From Amoebophrya sp. A120 (taxonomy: Eukaryota > Protista > Dinoflagellata), in the NCBI GenBank assembly GCA_905178155.1, contig CAJINV010000003.1, positions 10,345,489 through 10,409,488 on the forward strand: 64,000 nucleotides of DNA. The letters are read 5' to 3'. The notes below the pieces were generated by a model that saw nothing but the letters and a program-made list of their open reading frames with translations, ran no database searches and had not been told where the DNA came from. The translations under genes were made by a program, and so were the position numbers. Below, piece by piece: positions 33,156 through 45,600 of the stretch (position 1 is its first letter; every line of letters begins with the position of its first letter).

Positions 33156-35137
33156 CTAGGGACGGGCACAAAGCCCCAGCGTGGGTCTTGTTTTACATGT
33201 TTAGTGTGATAGAGATACTGATTGACTCTGCGTGACACGTCATATAACAGCAACGGCAACCAATCCAACCGCAACGTTGAGGATGCCATAGATCATGTTC
33301 GCTCTTCTTCTTGTGCGGACAAGCACAAGCAGCTGGCCTCGTCAGAGCCGCTGGGCTGCGACATGAGGTCGATTCGCTTGCTATGCATTGCATATTACTA
33401 ATAGATCTAGGTCTGAGACCTTGTTGCGAGCTCGAATTTATTTTTGTGACTGATAGCATGAGCATTACAAGTTTAGCATTTGCCTCGACGCCTAAGTCCA
33501 ACTAAGTACTGCCAAGCATGAGCATTACAAGTTTCATCTCAAGTAGTGCTTGCTTGCACGTTGTACTCAGTTCGCAAGAGCATGAGAAAAGAAATCGCGC
33601 TTCGTCTGCTGTTACCAGCGATACCGAGGAATGCCAGACGAGTCAGATAAGTCGCACGTTTTCAGACCCGGGCACTCATGTTTGTAGTTGATACATACGT
33701 TCCCAGGACCACATTCTTCATCTCGGGGCCACCTGCTCCACCACCCCGGGAGGGATCGGCTCTGAGCAGTTGCGCGATTTTTTGTCTGGCACGCCGTCGC
33801 CAAATTTTTCAGATCGGGAGCGCGAGACGCTCTCACCGGATTGCGGCTTCCCGCGTAGCATGGAGAAAAAGCTCGGCAAGGAATGTGAGGACAAGATGTA
33901 GGAAAGAGGGACCAAACTGCACTAGCAGGTATCGTAGCGGTGCACGGGCGGGAGTCCGTCTCATGATTCGGCGCGCGTGCAGTTTGTTTGCTTTCCCGGG
34001 ACCTGTGCAGAACATGAGCAAGCAGAGTTTCTTGTGGTTATGTGATTCATTGCCCTGATGAAAGAATCTTTCACCCGGGCAATAAAGCACATACTAACTC
34101 ATGATACCGCTTTAGTAAAGCAGAAATCTAGTTGTAGAAGAAGATGATGAAGATCTAGGACTAGTACTTAGTCGATTGTGTGATCAAAATTTCGGCACTA
34201 TCTGAGTCGTCATCAAAATTTTGTTCGCCTAGAATGATATTGATAGTCACCATAGAGAACATGATCGTAACGTGTGCCGCTTTGTCCTTTGCCCAATTTC
34301 CTACGTTGTCCTTCTCCATACTAGCAAAGAAACGGCCCTGGAAATCGTGGTGGAGTCGTGTGTATCAGGTGCAATTTATCATGTCTGGGTCTCGACGTTC
34401 TGGGCGAAGAACGCACCGATGCATCCATCTCGGGTGTAGCCCATCCAAGTCAACATCTGGAATGCGTGCTCTGCTGGCATCGCAAGTTTTGTGAGGACTT
34501 GTATACGCCGAGCCAGGGTAGAAGTGTGAAATTGACCACAGAAGACTTTTTATTTTTTGCGTCCCCTGACGCTGCGCGAAGGGTATGTACCACAAGTGGT
34601 TTGCATTGCAGTTCCTGACCGCCCATAGGCCTTATGATTTGCGATGTATACTGTCCGTTCTCCGGCGTCGTGAAAGCCGCCGCGGCAGGGGCTTTGCCGA
34701 GAAAATACACCAAAACAAGCCAAGGAAACACTAGCAAGCCCGCGGCGTTTCAGCACCGGCCGGAGCTGGTGCGGACCGGGGAAACTGATGATCTGTCAAA
34801 CAACGATCCAAATGCTTACTCGTATAAAAAGTCGCAAGAAATGGAGAAAAGTATACTGAGGTTTCCCGAAGCTGCGGCCTCCAATGCGAATGGTAAAAAC
34901 ATCACGTTGAGTTGTACTGCTCAGGACGTCTTCTACGCAACTAGAGATCAGGAACGTTTCCATGGATCAAAATTTACAGTTGATCCGCTGTCTTTCATAT
35001 GCACAGCAAAACCAGAAGTATTGTACTCGTAGTAATCGGAATATTTTTGCGTGACTTCGGTAATATAGCATGACAAATTCTGTATTCCACTTGCCATGCT
35101 GAGTGTATTTCTAAATGCAATTACTACCAGTGCGATA

Positions 35138-37249
35138 GGATGCTTTTGCGATCCATATTTCATGGCTCCGAGCGGCACCACCCCGTCGGCAACCCCAACA
35201 GGTGGTTCAAACACAACGCCGAAAGCCGCAGACGCATTTGCCGCAATCCCAGCAAGCGCAACACCAGTTGCAGGGGCTGAAGATCCATTCGTACTTCTAC
35301 TTGATATTCAGTCCTCTTGTTTACTTGTTGTGTGACTATATGTATATTCATTTTGCATTGAGGATTCTGAAAAGCAGGGGCGCACGACGATTTGGCGCCC
35401 GCGTGGTGCAACAATCGCGAAGGGCGGTTTCGATAGTAGCAATAAGACAGAAAGACAAAGAAAAGGGAAACCAAATAAGAATAAACACTAGGCGGCTGCG
35501 GATCCGGGGAAAACAGCACTGAAAGAGTGGGAGGCTGACCAAGACGCGAAAAACCAAAAGAAGGCACAGCAGGAATTGGAGACAAAAAAGAAAAGACGGG
35601 AGGAGGCAAAAGCAGACCTGGCCAAGTGGTACGCAGATAGGAAGACCGCCTTAGAGGTATCATATTTTTATTCTATTTGTATGCGAATGCGTGTGCTTGT
35701 CGCGTGAGTCTGAGTGTTGCTCGTTGGTTGCATGCAGTGAGGTGGTCACGAAAGCGCTTCCAATCTGGTGGCTCTCTGGCAAGAACATGGCGCCAGCAAA
35801 AAGCCCGTTTTTTTTTTTGAAGCGACCGAAAGTGTTTTTTTGCGAATAAGTCAGGAACAGGACCCTTAGATCCATTTGATTACTCTATCGGGGTCCTCTG
35901 CATCGAGTCGTCCGAAGAGTAGGGTACGGCTTTTCGCTTCCGCTTGACAAAAAGATGCACGGGAGCCGACAAGAAGAAAAGTGCGGCCCCTCATCTGAGG
36001 CGCATACTGCGGCCGTAGATTCGTGCAGTCTTAGGCGCTCACGAAGGGACACCAAAAGAGCGTGAGTGTCATTTTTGTCTGCATAGGAAAGGAAAGGTCA
36101 GATGAAACGTTGCCGCAAACGTCAACCGGTTGCCATGCAGGGAGCAAGCAAAGCCGAAAGATTCAAAAGCTGGCGTTTTTTATTGACAAAAATATGAAAA
36201 AGAAAAACAAAAAGGCAAAAGCCAGCTAAGCCTGATGAAAGTCTATCCGCATGCTATGCGGCTGATGGCGACGCCCACTGATCCACCCCTGGTAGCGGAG
36301 GCCCAGGCGGAGTCATCGTGGGAGGGTGTGTAACTAGCACTACTAAGTTTTTCGTCGAACAGGCTGAAGTTGCTCACGATCTTCATCAGCCGCGACACCC
36401 TCGCGGATTCAATTAGGCGCGAGGTTGTGGCGCCACAGAGCGCAGGAAAGTTGTGCGCTGTTTTTGCGAAGCAAGCGCGAGTCCAAGTTTAGCGCAAGAA
36501 AAAAGCACCGAGCCCACCACCTCTACCTCCGTTTCGGCGACTCTTATGAGGGAAGTCGAAGTTCTCTGTAGTAGTCTCGCTCCTTTCGCAGAACTTAGGA
36601 CCTCCGCAAATTTATATTTTCTTCCGTAAACGTATGGGTATGTCATGGCCGCAAGAATTGCAATGGCTCATGATGTGGCTGCTGATAGTCATGTGCCGCT
36701 AAGACTTCCAGCTCTTTATATATTTGATCTAGCTGCTAGAATTGTAGTTTTCATTTTGAGACAAGAATCAGCAATGTAGTACGAAACAGGATTAATCGAC
36801 AACGATACCCGATATTCTTTTCTGTCTTCTTCTAAAAGTGCAGCGATCTCGAAAATTACAGAAAAAGAAAGCCGCGAACCGACACGAGGAAAAGGAGTGG
36901 CTTGCAATCCAGAACGCAAGCGGCGCGGGCAAAAATCCGTGGGAGCGTGTTCTTAGCATGATCAGCGACAATGCAGCGGCGACCAAAGCGGGTAGGTTAT
37001 TTAACAAGATTTGATAAATATGAAGCGCACTATATATAGAAATAGAATTATAAATGTATTTTTTTTTTTCCTGCGCCTGCGGGATGAAACTACACACAGA
37101 AAAATGCCTCCCGGAGAGGATTTTTGCCACAATAAAGCCATGATATTAAAAACATTAACATCGCAGACTCCGCTGTGCCGCCATTACAAGACACCTCACG
37201 ATTCAAGCAGGTGCTGATTCAATTGAAATCGAATCCCGTACCGAACTAA
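35138..37249 (+). CDS. CLC: Clathrin light chain; exons approx. 35138 (or ATG 35162)-35290, 35492-35656, 36862-36991, 37167-37249; canonical GT-AG introns
   Basis: Spliced EDPFAAADPGKTALKEWEADQ..EEAKADLAKWYADRK..KAANRHEEKEW..NPWERVLSMI..DTSRFKQVLIQLKSNP*; WERV and DxSRFxQxLIxLK are clathrin light chain hallmarks; all three introns are in phase. Confidence 0.9.
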
Positions 37250-38494
37250 GTCAGTGGACAATCCGGGTCCGGGGCACATGTTTGCATCGGAAAAAAAAAG
37301 CAGATTTTTATTTTTTTTCGATGCGGTTCTGAACAGTATCGGAGAACGTACAGTAAAAAACGACGGCGCTTTGTAATGCTGGACGTGATTGTAAAAAAAG
37401 TAAAAATAACAGCAAGCCCCGACCTTGGAATAAATACCTTTGATGTAGTAGTTTGTTAGGTTGCAGTTGCACCTTTTTACCTATTTTTTTAAACGCCTAA
37501 CTTCTCAAATTTTGTTGAAATGCATTTTGGCAGACCTGGCTCGCACAAAATCATAATCAAGGGAGAAGTATCATCATCACGATCGAGCCACAGATGATAA
37601 ACAGGACCGCTGTGCTGCTGGTGCTTGGCGGAATTTTTTTTGGAATTGATAGCGACATGGGAATCATATACTATAAAGCCAAGCGACGCAGAAGTCGCAG
37701 CATCACGAGGATGGAGGTAAAAGAGTTAGTTTGAGGGCATTTCGGAGACCATACTATTACTAATCCTCTTTAAAAAAGGAGACATGGAGAGCCCTACGCT
37801 TGATGGTCAACAAGCCTCGTTGCAATGAAGATAAACGCGCGGCCGATGTTCTTCGATGAACTTCGTCCTCTGCTAAGGGATTGCGCAGTTGATCATCTTC
37901 AATAGCTTAGCATTAGCATGGCTCATATTAGGGGAAGGGGGCATGGCTCAGGTATGATCGCCATCAGTGACGGAGGGTCGATTGGTTCTCTTCACTTGCC
38001 AGGTTGTTGAGTGGGAGAAGAATGTGAATGGGCGAATAATTTCCATTTCATTGAGAGCTTCGTGACCTTTCGCAGCATAGCAAAGTAGACAGGAGTCCCA
38101 ACCTACTGAGAAGCAGTGTGGTCTTGTCCTCAGCCTCACATTGCTGCAGTGATTCTATCTCCGAGGTACTGATTTAGACTTTGTATGCATTGATCGGCAT
38201 CGGTCTGATAGAAAAAGAAAAAATAAAGCTGTTGTCGGATCATGCAGCCTTTTGCCAGGAAGTAGTATTTTTGTTGCGTGGATAATTGATGATCCTCGAT
38301 TGGCGATACAAGATATACAAAATGCGTGTTCTAGTGGAGGACGCCAGCCACGCATAATTCCTCTGCGTTGCGGTCACCTCGAAAAGCATTTGGAGGATTA
38401 CCGCGCGCTTGTTCGCTGGCGTTTCTCAGCTTTATCCTCCTGAACAAGCAGAAGTACTACACGAGGTCGGCACTCTGGCTGGTGAGTTAGAAAC

Positions 38495-41400
38495 ATGGAG
38501 ACTTCGGGGGCAGGTGCAACGAGGAACCCGGCCTGGCCGCAAAAGGCATCCCACAGTCTGCGTCCGGCCTCAGCACCCTTGCGACGTGGGGTTCGTCGGA
38601 GCCGCGACGTGAGAAACTTGGCGGAGCCGGAAAGCGCGGGGACTTCGGTTGCAGGAGGGGATGACGAAATTGGGAACAACAGCTCGACAAAACCTCCGAA
38701 AATCTGGAAAGGAATGCGGTCCGCGGCACCCGACCACCAGCCTTGGAAGGAGAGTGTAGCGAAGATTCCGGGAAGCGAATACTACAATCGTAACGCCTAC
38801 GAGGTATCGTCTATGGAACAGTTGAAATTCGACCAGCAGTTGTACCGGTCCTACAGTCGAGCAGACAATCCGCTGCAACGCAGCTATGCCAGCGGGACCC
38901 ACCCGAATGTCACCCTGCGCGGTGTGCCGCTGCCCGGAAGCAGCTCCGGCGGCTATGCAGCACCAGATGAGGAACAGACGGGGGGACCGCGGGGATCCGG
39001 CAACAGCAACATGGCGTCAAGATTGGAGCGCACTGCAGCCGGTGAGTTCCGTCGCCCGCAAACCGGTGGTCTTCACCTCCGGACTTTTGACGGACACGAG
39101 AGGACTCTCACTGTAGGTTTAACGGTGAAAAAGGACCCCGACTCGACGTTTGGAGAGGCATATGGGGATAACACCGGCAGTATCAAATGAATCTGAAATA
39201 AATGCGTTTTTCTTCATTGGGTTCGGAACAAGCGTGTGCCGCTTGGTTGTCATGCACCTTTTGAAGGACGCACGGACAGGATACCGGTGATGGTCTGCAA
39301 TGCACGTTGAAGAAGCTCCTGTGGCACCTTTTGGCGCCGCTCATGCAATACTGTTACGGATTTTTTTTTTTTGCGATCGACATCGATATTCGAGAACGAG
39401 AGCTGGCATAGATAGGGCTCTTCAGAGAGTTTATTATTGCAGTTTGCAATGCTCCGACTCCGAGAGACGCTGACGCAGACACATTTGCAATTTACATGCA
39501 GCTTCGGGACAGCAGCGATGCGCGCGAGTGGCAGGATGAGACTCGGCCGCGGGCAGCAAGGTTTAACTGCGGACCCCGTGGCAGCGAACGATGAGGCTGC
39601 AGCTGGTCTTCATGAAGTAGAAGGAACGTCCTCTGGGGCTCTCGAATTGCAGCTGTATAGTCAGTATGCATTGCCAAAGTATCGCATTACAGTTGTAGCC
39701 TAAATTCTCGCAAAGCAACTTCAAGTATTTTATTTCATCAAAAGGAAAAGTAAAAGGAAACAAAAGGAAAAAACAATTTGTAATCGTAATGCTGATTCAT
39801 TGTGATTGGGATTAGCCATAATTGGCATTGCGGCCATTGGAGGCTCCAGGTAGTTAGATCTGCAAGTGCATTGCTAATGCATGAATGCGGTAAAATAAAG
39901 CATCAGGACGAGCGCGATATTTTTCAGAGGATAGCTCGCAGAAAGCAGCGCAATACCTGGGCACGACGGGCTTTGAGAGGTTACCCAATGGAGATGCATC
40001 AAACGAAAAGGTCGTGGTCAAGCTACCGCTAGGTTGGACGAAGCACCGTAGCACTCCTGAAGATGGAGGAGTTGCTGGCGATGCAAAACGTAGTAAAGCG
40101 TTTTACTATAATCGCTTCACAGGTGAGTCGCGCTGGGAGCGCCCTACTGCAGTTGACGTGTCCGATATGATGTACACGGAGCCGGCAACGAAACGCAAAC
40201 AGGAGCTGAATGAGCAAAATACAAAAGAACAGGCACAGCAGATTGCTGCTATCGAGCAGAATGTTGTGGAGGGAGACGGGCTTCACGATGTCGACGAAAA
40301 TCTTCCCGATATTGTGCTCTTTTTTATCATCATCTACCGCTACTTGCGAATGAATTACCGAAGGTTGCAGAAGCAGCTAAAGAAGGCCTTCGAAAAGCAG
40401 GTGGATGAGGAGGTAATGGCAATATTGATGCGAGAAAATGAAGCGTTTGCACTAACCCATATGGGCGTAGGCGTAGACCTTGTCGAGTACGTGGAGCCCT
40501 TGGAAACCAGAAAGATTCCTCAGAGTGCAACCGTCCACCCCTTTCTGTCGGAAGCGGAAGCGAAAACGTTGCTGCTGCGCATGCCAGCCCTTGGAGATGG
40601 TTTTGAACACTTCAAGACGTGGACGATGGAGGTTGGTAGACGTACTCGAGAGATCGTATGGGACTTTGGAATTAATGCGTTACGCTGGTCGCTCTCGCTG
40701 CTTTTGCATGATTTCTTCTCATGCAGAATCGCTATCGCCATATTGAAATAAGAAATTTTTCGTTCCAGATCTGTAACGCAAGACGCGCACGCTTCTCCCT
40801 TTCATTTTTGCTATTCCTGCGTCACAAAGAAAGTGAAATTCATGCTCATGCAGCAGCGAGTAGTATAACGCTTGAGAACGGCATAGAACGGCCGGGATGC
40901 TTGGATCCGTAGCTTGTGGGAACGATTAAACTATCAGGTACGTCGAGCGCATTTGTTGAGCAAGCCTTTTTATTTCGTCGATAACTTCTTGTATACTGCA
41001 CTTGCATGATCAATTTATTGCCAACAGCAGCACCACATCCGCACTATTATTTCGCTCATTGCAGTTTTGGACAAAATACAAGTCTGCGAAAGTCGCACGA
41101 TCAACCTACCAAATAATAGGCTCGCGGCCAGCCAAATGCTTCTTCTGTTCACTCTTGTTCCTCTTCCTTCAGCACTTTTTTTTCCACTATGTATGTACCT
41201 GAATCCACTTGCATAATATCAGGCTGAAGACGAGGAGAGAGGGAAAGTACCGGCAAAATCGTACTCCCTTGCGAGCCTTCAGGAGGAGCATGGTGGGCTG
41301 GAACACTGTGTGCTAATGGAGCGCGAGCTTCGGGAATATCCACAAAAAAACAACCATCCCCACCCATTTTTTACATGGCAAGTAGTGAAACTTACGCACA

Positions 41401-41672
41401 TTTTGCGTGACAAATTGGATGGGGATGATTCTTTTTTTGTGAATAGGGAACGCGTACTGGAGATCTGTAGTGAAAAAGCCAGCACCTACGAGAAGCTCGC
41501 CCTCAAGCAGCGCACTGGGACCGCCCAAGACATGGCGCGACTAAAGGAGGCACAGAGCACATTACATCGCGAGCAGCAGGATTTAGCCAAACTCCGAAAG
41601 CAAAAAGAGGAGGTTTCTCGTGTATTGAAGCGAGTGGACAACAGCTACGATACCAGAAAACTTGACAGATAG
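38495..41672 (+). CDS. WW-domain protein with a coiled-coil C-terminus; exons approx. 38495-39180, 39502-39664, 39939-40656, 40729 onward, about 41224-41336, 41451-41672
   Basis: LPLGWTKH...KAFYYNRFTGESRWERP WW signature at about 40023-40148; in-frame joins across three introners; the middle exons at 40729-41223 are uncertain. Confidence 0.7.
39181..39496. mobile_element. Introner-like intron in the WW gene
   Basis: Ends TATCAAATGAATCTG and CAGACACATTTGCAATTTACA (ACA in place of ATA); TSD GGCAG/TGCAG; in-frame NTGS-FGTAAM. Confidence 0.7.
39665..39933. mobile_element. Introner (TATCCTGTGCAAAAGTATCG family) in the WW gene
   Basis: Ends TATGCATTGCCAAAGTATCGC and GACGAGCGCGATATTTTTCAGAGGATA; in-frame join into ORF 40014. 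Confidence 0.78.
41337..41445 (+). mobile_element. 109-bp introner inserted in frame in the WW gene
   Basis: Ends TATCCACAAAAAAACAACCATCCCC and GGGGATGATTCTTTTTTTGTGAATA; perfect TSD GGGAA; element plus TSD is 114 nt with no stop codon. Confidence 0.93.
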
Positions 41673-42622
41673 CAGCTCCACTCGCACACAATGCAAGAAC
41701 GCGAGAGCAAGTGTCTCCAGATAACCCTCATTAAATGCTACGCTGTGGCGAGACCTTCTTCATGCTCATCTCGACGCGTTAAACTCCCAGACCATAGAAG
41801 TTTGTTTCGGGAGGTTGTTTATTCACTTTCGCAAACCACGACGAACAGTAGCGTAGGAGGACCGGCACAGGCTTAGGCTTACTAAATAGACTAAGACATC
41901 AGGCACTTGGAGAAGATCTGACTGGGTCGGATTTACCACCGAACGCGAAACCCAACGAACCGAGGATGAACAGAAGGGAGAGTCGTGGCGTTTTTTGCTA
42001 GGCGACGCGAGGACGAAGGAAGAGGAAGAGCTAACCTTCCTGGTCAGAGTCGTGCTCGTGGTTATCTGAAATTTTGTACGAAGAAACAAGAAACGCAAGA
42101 TGAACCGATGAGATGTGCTGACTGACACTCTTGAGCATCGAGGTCGGCCAGCGTCTGTTCGCAGCCTGGTGCTGTTCTTTTAGGAATAGCCCTCTCGTCC
42201 TGCAGATGTGAGAAGAGAGCGCTATTAGAACTTACCTCCTGGGGCCTTTTTTTTTCGGACTTCGTGCAACTGGGTTTAAAACTTGAAGCCACCGCACCGG
42301 GACGATTGGCCTCTACAGCTTTGTCAATATTTCATTTGGCAAGTTGGATGCGCGTGCAAGAAAAAAGCTTTGGTTATGTTGAGGCTTGGGCACGTACGTA
42401 CCCCCACCCCTATTCGTTGCCCTTGTTGGTGCTCTAGGGAGAGAGCGAAGACCGAAACCAATGATGCGTAATTATATGTCTGGTCAGGTCAGACCCAGGC
42501 TGTGTTTGCTTTGTAAGATGTTGATTCGCGTTTGTGCTGTGACGACGTTGACGCCTAGGGAAGGGCTCAGGTCAGGAAAGCGATCTAGGAAGTATTCGAC
42601 TCGTTTTTGTATGTGTTGAAAT

Positions 42623-45600
42623 ATGAACAACCGACTGGAGAACGTGAAGGTGTTTTGCCGGGTGCGGCCGCGACTTCAGCACGAATTGGATTGGGCGCCT
42701 TCCGACGGCACTGCCGCGGCGCTGGATTCGAATAGAAGCTCGCAGAAACGGACTTCTGTTTCGGCACAGGTACAAATACAATCAGATAACTGGTTTCAAA
42801 TCACCAATAACAACACCACGGTCGAGGTACCGCACACAGCGCGGCTTGCTGCGGAGCCCGCGACATGGTGGGATCCGGCCCATGGCGCGAACAGAGACCA
42901 ACTCCCGAGCGATGTGAGCAACTCGAACACACCCGCAGGTGTAACGACGACGACGAGCAGTGTTCTGGCTTCTAGCAATTCGATTGCTCCTTCGTCCTCG
43001 GCGACGTCCAACAAGTATGCCTTTCGGTATAATGGAGTCCTTATGCCACAGAAAAAGATAGGCTCAGGGAGGGGCAGGGCATATTTGTAAATGCAGAAAT
43101 AAATAAAGTAAACAGCATTCTAGCTACACGATCGATCGCCTATGACGTATTTCAATTCCTATTTGTCTTGCTTTCTTGATTGCGCATCCTCGCCTACAGC
43201 CAGTGAGTGTCCGCTGCCTGGCCGGCAGCGAAGCCATGCGCGACAAAGCTAACAGCCGGCACACAGACTTACGGGCAGAAGGCTCCTGCTCTCAGAAAGA
43301 GCTGAGCCTGAGGAAAAGCGAAGGACGAAAGAGAAAAGAGAGAACAGGACTACAACATAGATTACGCAGAGAGCACTCGCGCCAGACTGGGATGAGTTTT
43401 TTGCGCGCTACCTTCAGAGCGACCTGGCCAGCCGCGTCTAAATCGATAGGCACTCGAGCGCAATGCTTTGCAATAAGTGAGTCGCGCCGTCTCCGGGGGG
43501 CCGCCCCTGGTCTCACTGTAGAAAACTAAGCAGGAAAAGGATCCCACCACGCGCCGCATTCAGAGGGTTGGAAGGCGCTTCGTCTTGGTCAGCTCGCCAG
43601 GACGTAGCGCCCATCCTGTGGAGCTTCGTTCAACGCGAAGAGGTTCGGGAGCATTTCTTGGCGAGAGCCTTTCGGTGGTCTCGTTAAGGCTCGAGGCTCC
43701 TCGAGGGGGCTGCTGCGCAGTCAGTAGGGGTCAGAGGTCAAAGCGTAAGTACTGTGAGCCGTTTTTGTGATAGATTTGTCGGCTCTTGACCTCTAGGCCA
43801 AAGAATAGAGCTACCAAGTCCCGCCTCCTGCTGTACGTGTGCTGGTAGTTGCGCCTGGTTCGTAGGAACCTCCGAAACAAGCCCGCCCCAGAATGAAGCG
43901 CGGCCCAGCAATAACAACAACAAGAAACGGGGTATCAGGGCAGGCTGTTCCTGGCGCGCGTCGAAGGAGGGAGTAGTGTCGAGCCCAGCGCGAGATCATC
44001 ACTATCACTGTGGTCATTCTGCGTTATCCTGCCTGCTTTCTTCCCCTCGATACTCCTGGGTCCTGAGGCGGGTCAGGACGACGTGTGGTCCATGCTGAAC
44101 ATGGATCACATCCTGTCCCAGCTCCTGGAGGGGTACCACGGTACTATTATCGCCTACGGCCAAACGGGATCCGGCAAGACCCACTCCATCGAGGGCGTAC
44201 AGTACAGCGACGCCGGCCAAGAACGAGTGGAGCCGGTTTTCCTGGAGCACACGCCCAAGGAAAATTATGGTCTCATCCCACGAATCGCGCACGCCATCTT
44301 TGCAAAAATCACAGATGCAGGCCATGAAAATACGCTGCAGCGCCGGCCCAATCATGAAATGAAAAACAAGAAGCCGGAAATGAAGAGCGAAGTGGACGCA
44401 GAAGGAGATGAAGCAGCACTGCTTGCCTGTGAAGAGGAAGACGGCGAAACTGGTACTAGCAGTGACGATGCAGGACCGCTGGACGCAGGGACAGACGCTG
44501 AGAAGCTTGGGAGAGACGCAAAAGTTAATAGCTCGTGCATATTATGTCGGCCTCCGCTATGGGTGTGTAAGGTTTGAAATAATTGACAAATAAGAATAAG
44601 TTGCTTTATAGCGAATGCATAAGATAAAGATTATCGACGCCAGTCGACGGCGTCGGAGTCCCAGTTTCTAGTTGGTGCCTGAAAAAATTTTTCAGCGCCG
44701 AAATCCAGTTTATCGCGTTGTTTGGGCAGGGACGACCTCTTTCGTGACAAAACATATATAAATCCAGTTACGATAGGGCTTCTAAAGTAGCACGACGACG
44801 TCGTGCTACTTTAGAAGCCCTATCTCCAAGCAACCGCAAACAGGCTACTTGCAATGATCTTCTTCACTTACCTGCTCTCTAATGCTTGCAGGCACTCTGC
44901 GCCTTATATTTTTCGGATTAGAACATGGGGCTGCGTTCCCGGTTTCGGTCGGTTTAGCTTCACGAGTTATAAATATATTACATCTACTAAGAACTTTGTC
45001 CTTGTCGATTATTTCAAGCCTGACGCTTCCATAGCAGCTAGAACGCGCTCAATTTGAACAATACGGAGCCCGCTTATGCCTGTGCAAGTGCATGATAGAG
45101 TGCACAGGCGTGTTGATCCTCTGCGCGCTGCAGCTTGGCGTGACAGGTTTTGATGTACGGATTTCTTCGATGCTTTTTGACCTTCTCCTTCGGTATTTTC
45201 ATAGATATATCCGTGGGTCCGTGTAATCCCAGACCGCCATCCGAAAGAGCAAGAGAGACGCGAGTCATTCGCTTTGTCCATCGCAGACTGTTCGAGGCGG
45301 AGTGATTGTATTATCCGAGGCTTTCATAATGCAAGACCGACGAGCAGCCTGGTGAGCCTGACGCTAGCAGCAACGTGGAGCGGAATTTTGAGGTTCGATG
45401 CAGCTTTTTGCAGATTTACAACGAGAAAATCTATGACCTGTTGAGTTCAGAAGTCGCGGAAACCTACATCGGTTGCGATGACGACCGTGGAGGTCCTCGT
45501 AGAAAGAGAAGAACATGCGCCGAAGCCGATGATGAAGCCAACGAGCACGAGGAACAAGATGAAGAGAGAGCACATCTTTCAGATGCGGGCTCTGTATACG

